A stretch of 61,049 bases of DNA, filler included, from Platydemus manokwari (lineage: Eukaryota): NCBI GenBank assembly GCA_037951405.1. It is 5 parts of 5 records of this genome, joined end to end, with 100 filler letters (N's around TTAATTAATTAA, not from the genome) between each part and the next. Parts side by side here need not be neighbours in the genome. Positions count along the whole stretch, not along the records: positions 50,647 to 61,049 come from JBBMOY011136550.1; 4 more parts are not named here. One strand, given 5' to 3'. Below the pieces are notes generated by a model. It saw only the letters and a program-made list of their open reading frames with translations, ran no database searches and was not told where the DNA came from. Positions 52,169 through 61,049 of this stretch are shown one piece after another. Positions within the stretch are counted from its first letter, which is position 1. Each line of letters starts with the position of its first letter. A program made the position numbers and the translations under genes.

Positions 52169-53310
52169 AGATTAGTTTTGATATTTAGCAGCTTATTTAC
52201 TGCATCCGATTTTTTTTATTAAATATTAATATTCGTGTTAACATATTATAATATATAGATATATTCGCTGATTCTATGTATATTCTAACAAAACATTTGT
52301 ATTAATTTGTTATTAAATATTTATGTAAAATATTTTTGTTGTGGATTCGATTTTTGAAATTTAATAAAACATACGTGATTATCAACCTTTCCTTGAATAT
52401 ACAAACCCTGTAAGCATATGCAATCTACTTGTATCAAATGTACTTATTTACAGGAGTTTGATAAGATATATTTTCAAAATACATTATTAATATCACTGAC
52501 AACGAACACGTTTTTTGTGATTTTATGAAGTTTTTCATGATCTGTGTGTAAAACAACAGTTAAAATAGACAAGTTTTTAATAAAATAAATATATCATTAA
52601 TGAAAAATTAATCACTGAGTGAAATGTGATTATTATTCTGAATTTTCATTATTACAAGTAATCTTTACTCTTAATTATGAAACATCGTTTCATTACAATG
52701 GTATGTAGAAATCTGTATAAATGAATTTCCATTCAGAGTATAATATATTGAATAGGTATGAATTTGTTTAGAAAGACTCGACCCAACTTTTTATTAAATT
52801 TCAAACTATTATTTTGGACATATTAAACTGGAATATACAAAAAAGAAAATTCTAAATTGTTCAAAATTTTAGATGATCGATTGTTATAAAATCTCCAATC
52901 AGCTGTGTTAAAAGAAAAACTTCAAATACATTTTTTATTAATAAACTGAAAGCAAATGAATCAACTAAACAGACCATTATTTTTATTAATCATATCAAAC
53001 AATTAACGATAATGATTTCTTCCAACAAATATTTTACAACACAGCCTATTGCAATAAGTGAAAATTATATTATAAACACGACACAATAAATAATCACGAG
53101 TTGAATAATCACGGGAATAATTAGTTAATAACATGTCTAATAAGAATAATACCACCAATTGAAAGCCAATATAATAAACAAGAAATGCTGACAAAGGTAT
53201 TCTTCTTTTCAATTAAATTTGCGAATTGATAAATAATTATGTAAAGCACACATAAGGACAAATAATAATAAAAACAATTTTACTGGAATATTCAATAAAA
53301 GGCAAATTTA

Positions 53311-56300
53311 TTACATCCAATCTTTCATCAAATCTTTAAACACAGAAAGCGAATGGATACTCGTAGAGAGCCTAAATTATAAAACAATTAAAATCTGAAT
53401 CATTAAGATTTTAGCTTATATTTTAAGGAATTTTTTTAATGAATAACGAAAATATAAAAAATAAATATTAAAAAATTGATTTCTGAATTTATTCGTTTTG
53501 TCACAAGACAATCGAATCTCCAAAATAAACAATTAAGGAAATCCAAATAATAATAATTATTATCTATAATTGGTTTATAAATTCGTTGTCATGTATAAAC
53601 ATAATCCCTTATTGTCATTAATATATATTCTGTCATCAATCACATTCATGTTCCATAGTAATGCATAACTCATTATTTTTTCAACTCTATTAATAATCTT
53701 AAATGATTAATTTTGGAATCAAAAATAAACCACGTACTTTATTATCAAAGCTAAACTCGATTATCTCTTACAACAAATCCCATACAAAAATCTCACTCAT
53801 GTTTTACTTATCTCCTCAATTATTCCATTTATTTTATTGTTTAATAATTTAAACGGATTCGTTTAAAACAAATTCATTCTTAACAACAGAGTTGGAAATT
53901 ACAACAGCTCTAACCAAAAACAATAAATAACAGATATATTGTACGGAATTATTCAAAATATAATTATAGAAATAGAATTTTATACGATTTCAAAATAGGA
54001 AAATCATCATCTAGTCTTATTGTTATTTTTGATTGGTTTTTATAACCTGATTGGTGGAATTATAAAATATGAACTTGACGAATTTCATCCGTTAAAAAAT
54101 GGATTTCGAAAATTATGTAATTGGAAGCTAAGTTTTTGACATTATTGATTAGATACTTTTGAACTCAAACAAAGATCTAATAATATCTTTTAATCTCTCC
54201 TGATGATTCAGTTAACATTTTATTGATGGTGGATATTTCAATATTTATCCTTACACTAAAAGCCATCAAATATTTCTTTTATATGGAATAAATCAGAGGT
54301 GGCCAAATTTTGTGTACGTAAGATCGACTTTTCATTTGAATAACAACTCACGCGATAGACTAAAATTGGCTTCAAGTTCGACCAGTCGATCGCAATCGAC
54401 TGGTTAGCCACCTCTGGAATAGATAATATGAAATATTCTTAAGGTAATATTCTGTATATATCGATTTTTATCTATGGCGTTTTAAACAGCGTATACCATA
54501 TATGACAACAAAGCATACTGCGTATAATTTTTTTTTAAATAGCATAGAGGAAATATTAAATTAAAGAGCAGTCCGTTTACTTGGTGAACTATTAAAAATA
54601 ACATTCTAAAATGTTTCAAGCAAAATCCTCAACCGCTTCTACCAATAAATATTAAACAAATAATGCTGATAAATTGAAATTTAAAATATTAAAAGATATT
54701 TTTCGAAACAGATTTCTAAAATGAAAATATTCATAAAAAAATTTACCGGCCGAAAGCATTAAATAAAGCAACAATTTCTGTTCTTGTCAATTGAAATCTG
54801 TTATTAAAGACGGAAAACGATCCATTATTTGTCGGTAATTTGACTTGTGAGCCATGATTGGAAAACAAAATCTTCAAAGCTGTGCCCATGCCTTTTACTT
54901 GAAGTGTACCCCATAATTTACATTTATCACAACCAACACAGCTCATGATTCTAGATATATTACGAAAATGATTTACGAATTCGTATTTTAACAATTTGGT
55001 TTCCAGTGAATTATCTTTGAATAATTTCTGCTCATCGAAATGATTAGGAAAAGCTCTAATTGGTTAAAACATTTTTTTTAACTGGACACACTCCGATATT
55101 ACTTTTACTAACTTTATATACTTCAACAATTGTTTGACGGCTGTTTTGGTTTCTTTATCATTAACTTCATCACCAGTATAAAACTGATCATCGAGAAGAT
55201 AATCAGCCACCTTTGCAATGGCTCTCATTTCAACTAAATAAGTGAAAAACAAATTCTTCAATCTCTGTGGTCCATCGGGTACAAATTTGGGATCAAATCT
55301 ACTTGCAAATTCGGTTACATTCGGACCCCATAAAATAGAACCAAAACCAGTGTTGTCTAAGATATTTTATTAGCCATAATATTTCACCAAGTTATTAGGA
55401 TCGAACACCTTTTAATAGATATCCGTGACTCAAATGAATACTTATACTAGTATGCAAGCCAGAAATCATTCGGTAAAAGCTTCTTTTTTCGAGACACTGT
55501 TCTTGTCCTAAAAACATACTACCGTATAAGAAAGTAAAATGAATGATCACATGCCACAACAATATATATGTAACATAATCCGACACCAAAATCTTTAGAT
55601 TATGTGAAATCAGTACAGTCAATTATTCAATAATAAGAAATGATTTATTTCAACGAAATTACACTGGTAAATGATGCCAAAATTATAACATTGATACCTT
55701 GGTGATCATTGATTTTACTAATATTATAATTATTAAACCTAATAAATTGAATGAAAATAATATGAAAGTTTTCAAAATATCAGAAAACCAATCACAATAT
55801 TGATCTAATTATGGATATTTGAATTGATGTAAAGCATTCATTAATATGAAAATTCGGATCAATTGAAGAATCCTCTCTCCAATTTGAATCAATTGACGAA
55901 TCTCTCCCTAGACTTATTCAGATGGGAGATTCTTCAATTGATCCGAATATTCCTTGAATTAAAAAAATTCTAATTCCCATCAATGACGTTTTTTCTAGTT
56001 TTAAAATTATTATCAAAATAAAACTAAAATCTGAAAATATAGATTTTGACAAAGTAATTAAATATCACATTATCATTAATAATTCCATCGATATTTTCCA
56101 TGAAGGTCAGTGAATTTATATGCGCTTACGTTTTTGATAAATCAATATACAATACAACTATAACCAACAAATTAGATTTCAAAAACTCTGTTACACCGAT
56201 TCTGTAAAAAGAAAATGTTGTAACAATAGATTCATTCGTTAATATATATACATATATTGTTACTTGTCATCATAAAATAATTCATGATATGATATGATCG

Positions 56301-58629
56301 ATATTTATTTGCCCACAATTCTTATCTGGACACCCATATCTATATATTTGTAGCGTTAAAGATAGTCATTACTTGTTCTATGATTAGACAAACACCAGTT
56401 AAGCTAATTTATCGTAATTTGTTTCGTCGATATTTTAATAAGTCATTGCACATCTGGAATGTTTACCATCAATTAAGAGATAAGAAATTTATTGATGGGG
56501 CGTGAATACAATTTTCATATGCACATAAAATATCGGATATGAAATCAAATATTTTATAACAATTCTTAATTAATCAACGTTAAACATTTAGTTGAATTCA
56601 CTATTAAATCAACCAATAAAAAATGATTTAAAAGTTCCGATAATATTTCATCCAACCTATTAATAGATATCATTTCAATACTGATTATAAAAATTCGGCA
56701 TGGAAAGATAAACAAAAAATTGATCATATTAATCACGTACAAACATATATCACGTATTTGAAAACATACACGTTTCATTGAAAACAATCATCATTAATCC
56801 AATGAATGACCAACGTGATTCATAATTTTGAAAAATGTTTATGAAAACATTTCATAGCATTTTATTATCTAAAGCTCAATGACTGCACTAAGTTCGCATT
56901 ACAAATACGGATATAATGGTCACAACATTAAAGAGAATTATACCCCCATCAGATTGTAATTTATTATTTACCTGAGGCACAAAATGCTAAGAAATGATGT
57001 AAATCAATCAATATAATCTCATCAAATTAATTAATAAAATAAAAAAAAACAAATAATAAAAAATGACAAATCAAATCGTTATCATTAATCCTTCATTCAA
57101 TGTGTACCGGTATAATAATAACGATCATAGATGAGATTATTTGATTAAATTTTGCACGTATTTTTTCTTAAAAATAAAAACCGTATTCATTTTTTCAGAT
57201 TTAATAAAATTTATTGCAGATAAATCGGTTTCAAAGTTCAAATATATGAGCTTTTACTTACAGAATTTTCGAACAGATTTGATAATTTTCGAACTCTGAT
57301 CTGTGTCAGTCTAGATTTATTTTTAATAACAATAACACCGACATATAATACCCATTAAAAAAATACTAATAATTAAAGCCAGTTTGACCAAAAAGAAAAG
57401 CATTTTCAAAGAGCGAAAACAAACATTCCCATTAGCATGTATATATGATCGATTTTCGTATTTATTGAAGAAAAAACAAGCCATTGGCACATAGTCAGCA
57501 GATAGAGTTCCGGAAAGTAGAGATAATAATGAGAAAAATTTTTTTCTTATTTCCTGTTTTATCGATCAATAAATAAGAATCTTGTACAACCCAACACTCT
57601 CCCAATGCTTGCTGTCAATTTAATTTATTAATATATGAAATATTTATGTAGACCTTCAGATCACAAAGCAAAATCGTGGCTTTAATTAAAGTTCTGCACG
57701 CACTTATTTGTGAATTGTTGTCATTAGGTCGAAATAACAAATCTATTGTTGTACAAAATAAAAATATTGAAAACAATATGAATGAAACTTATTAACAAAA
57801 TAACCATAATGAAAATAATCACCATTACTAGTAGATTTGAAAAAAAAAATAAAAATAAATCACATACATGGAAAATAATCAAGAAAATTATTTAGTAATA
57901 AAATATTTGTTTTTTTTAGTTCCCAATTCCTGAGAAAATAATCTCGATCCTCTACTACCTTATAATTTTGAATACGCTGCATCGTCTGAAATGTTGAAAA
58001 GACGTCTAAATAATTCGACTGATTTAGATATTAAAAAAAACAATACCACATATCTAAATGAATGTTTTGGAAGACTGGAAAGAATAATGTTTGAAATATT
58101 CGACAAAACCGTCAATCACGTCTAAAAATGTGAGTGCACACATAGCTCGTATCTGTATATCAAATAAAGCGTTCGGAAATCTGCATTATTTGATAGGAAA
58201 ATCGTTACGAAACTTAATAATCAAATTAAAACACAAGTTTTGTTTACTAAACCCATTCCTAACTGGGGAAATGGAATGTTTTATTATCAATCATACAATG
58301 GATCTAATATCCTTTATAACCAAGAAAAGACATTGAAATCAAAGAGTCGTGGTCCAGGCAAGTTTTTAAATTAAGTATGTTTCAACATTTAACACAATAG
58401 CAAGTTGTAGATAATTATTATAATTAATAACAGATCAATCCATATGAAGATTCTAAGTGGGGTGTTTAATTGATATGAAATTCAAATTTCAAATGATTCT
58501 TGAATAAAACTAAGATTTTTACAAAATATATTGCATGATATCACATATTATTAATATAAATATAACACGATTCCTTTAAATTTTCCTATGATTAAGTAAG
58601 GTTCTATTAATTAGATAAATTCATTCTCA

Positions 58630-58692
<63 letters not shown>

Positions 58693-59920
58693 CAACTACT
58701 TAAATATCAATTTCTAAAACTATTTTTCATAAACTAGAGGACTAAAAATAATTACCAACTATTAAAGATCTGGAATGAATTAGCAGTGTTTCGATATTTA
58801 GGAAAAAGCTCATTGAAAGATTTTTAAAACAATTTGATATCTTATATTCATGGAGTCTAAAAAGTGCATCACTTACTTTTTTTTTATCTAAAATGCTGGT
58901 ACTAATGCCACTTGAGTTGGTTTCAATGCATTACACGTAAACATTGTCGACACGTAAGCAATAATGTTTATATTAAAGATATTGTTGTTTTATAAACTTA
59001 TGATAATAAATATCAAAAAATATTAATTTAATATCGTCATGATAAAACCAGAGCTATGGAATCAGATCTGACATAAAATTACATCCTAAAAATTATCCAT
59101 TATCATTGAGTTTTAATAAGATTGATTTTAAATGACTTATTTGATTATATTTATTATTATTTTATTATATCGCTGGCAGAAAATATTAATTCTGCTGAAT
59201 TATTAAAGATGCTGATAATACCAAAGTAATTTTACTTGTTCTGAAAGAAAAAATATGCTCAGTTTGATGAGCCAACAGTATTAAAAAGACACCAGCACTG
59301 TTTACATATTAACACATTAAAGAAGATAAAGAAAATCATGAATGTAGACCTAACAATCCGATTCTAACCAATGAGTGAACTTTTTAAGAAATGAATTGAT
59401 TTTGAGTCAGAATTGATAAATTTTCTAACCGATTCCGAAGCCCTGACAAAAATAATGACTTGTTTTCATTAAATTGGAATAAATTCACAAAATAAATTAT
59501 CGAATAATTTCTGAATATTTTATAAAAAAATTATCCAAGCTGTCCCACGACTACCGGCAGTGAAAAGGTTAAAAATAGAAATGTCCATTTGCGGAACATC
59601 GAATAAACACCAACAGAAATTAATAACAAAAATCACAGATTTCCTGATCAAAATGAAACAAATATCATGTAATTCTTTCATTTGTTGTAATGATAACATT
59701 AATTTATTATATACATCATGAAAAATGAACCACTATCAATCAAAACCAAAATAATGCTACAAAGAACATCAATTAATTACCAATAATATTAAGTAACCGA
59801 AAGAATTCTGAACATATTTTCAATATATTATGATATTGTTTGATATATAATCAATGAAAATGATCAACATTTCACTAACCTGCTTCATGTAAACTAATAC
59901 CATACTTGTTCCGATGATCA
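53311..59920 (-). CDS. ERO1: ER oxidoreductin ERO1, 3' exons (59920-59880 tentative, 55507-55409, about 55356-55111, 55055-54747, 53371-53311)
   Basis: [22 protein letters not shown]; [16 protein letters not shown]; [23 protein letters not shown] (CxxCxxC); [11 protein letters not shown]|[15 protein letters not shown]. Splice phases are consistent. Confidence 0.92.
54294..54416 (-). mobile_element. hAT MITE family B, copy 2 (in ERO1 intron)
   Basis: CAGAGGTGGCCAA...TTAGCCACCTCTG with TSD GAATAAAT/GAATAGAT (7 of 8). Reverse complement of 22029-22133 plus an internal hairpin. Confidence 0.88.
55852..55948. repeat. 21-bp perfect inverted repeat (hairpin) in ERO1 intron
   Basis: ATTCGGATCAATTGAAGAATC (55852-55872) / GATTCTTCAATTGATCCGAAT (55928-55948). 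Confidence 0.85.
58629..58692. repeat. (AAT)n microsatellite, about 20 units
   Basis: Direct reading. Confidence 0.95.
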
Positions 59921-61049
59921 CTAGAGAAAAATAAAATTAATCATTAATAATAATAAAGAATTTGGGAAAATTTTATAAACTGATCTTATAACATCAATAG
60001 TGACAATACATAGTAATAATTGGTTTACAATTTATATATAAAGAGAGCTAAAGATAAATTGCTAGTTCTAGTTACTGACTAATTATATAGGCTGACAAAT
60101 CAAATTCAAGTTAGAGATGAAAATACTACATTTCATTGACTGTTTTAACTTTCACTAATTAATTTTTATAAGGATTTTCGTGAACTTGGTTAATTTAATT
60201 GATTACCCATGTTCAACAATACATATAATCACAACAGTGAGCTGAGTCTACAAATTTTTGCTTTGTATTAAATTTTTTTATAATCAAAAGGAAATTCTCA
60301 GAAAACTAAACTCGTAAAGTCGATTTCTTTTACATATATAACAATTAAAATTATCAAAAACAAATTACAAATGATAACATTTTATAATAAACAGTTATGT
60401 TATTCCACATTCCTTATCAAATCACATTTATTATTTTGTACTTTTCATTAATGAGGAAAGGAATCCCACAATCTGACATTTATCAACATAAATTCCCAGT
60501 TATTTCTTATAAAAATATCGATTATATGTTTTCAACAACACTTCTTTTATTGATCACAAAATCTCGTAAGCGGAGTTTTTTTACATAATTTTTGTTTTAA
60601 TATTGAATCCAATTTTCAATTGTCCTTGTACATGAATATATAAATTTCCTTTTGCTAATTTTCTAACAAATCAATAAATCTTGAAGATAATTAATGGGAA
60701 ATTGCTAATATAGTTTTGATTCATATAGCTTGTATAATGCTTAAAAAATTTTTATATGAAATATGTTTCATAAATAAGGTTAGTAAAAACTGAAAAACTA
60801 AAATCAAATTTGAAGATATTAGAACTTCTGAATCAATACTTTTCCTCAAGACGAAAATTCAATTTAAACATATTTTATTACTAATATTCTCTGGGGATAA
60901 ATATTGATTTTTATTCGCAACTTTGATATTAATAAGCTTCAAAGATGGATTTAATATTTTTATATTTCAAGAATCTGACAGACCGTGTAATTTGACCATT
61001 GAATCTAATGGTTTAATAATTTTAAAACAGCATTTTAATAAAAAGAATT

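Noticed and set aside
53003-53212. 69-aa hydrophobic ORF
   Set aside because: It lies in the presumptive ERO1 3' flank, and U-rich composition explains the hydrophobicity.
39342-59920. OXA1L, lectin-Sushi, paramyosin, XPNPEP1 and ERO1 as a functional cluster
   Set aside because: They sit on three spacer-separated segments and have unrelated functions.

Overview
This is very AT-rich (roughly 25-30% GC by eye) eukaryotic genomic DNA with many short GT-AG introns (about 40-60 nt) and AAT microsatellites. The gene content points to an invertebrate, most plausibly a triclad flatworm (inference). It is not one continuous locus. Four identical 100-nt spacers (N44-TTAATTAATTAA-N44) join five segments: 1-12184, 12285-28711, 28812-41735, 41836-50546 and 50647-61049. 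Recognisable genes: an apterous/Lhx2/9 homeobox gene (3' part), a RasGRP (3' part), an orphan class A GPCR, OXA1L, a selectin-like C-type lectin + 4 Sushi membrane protein, a divergent paramyosin, XPNPEP1 (3' part) and ERO1 (3' part). Mobile DNA: one decayed NeSL-like non-LTR retrotransposon encoding a Ulp1-type protease, RT and restriction-like endonuclease; two hAT MITE families with 8-bp TSDs; a Tc1/mariner MITE; and other dispersed repeats. I found no convincing new multi-gene system. The best leads are the Ulp1-bearing retroelement, the lectin-Sushi receptor, the divergent paramyosin, the atypical GPCR with a start-stop uORF, and an unannotated spliced orphan-gene candidate near RFX X-box-like motifs.
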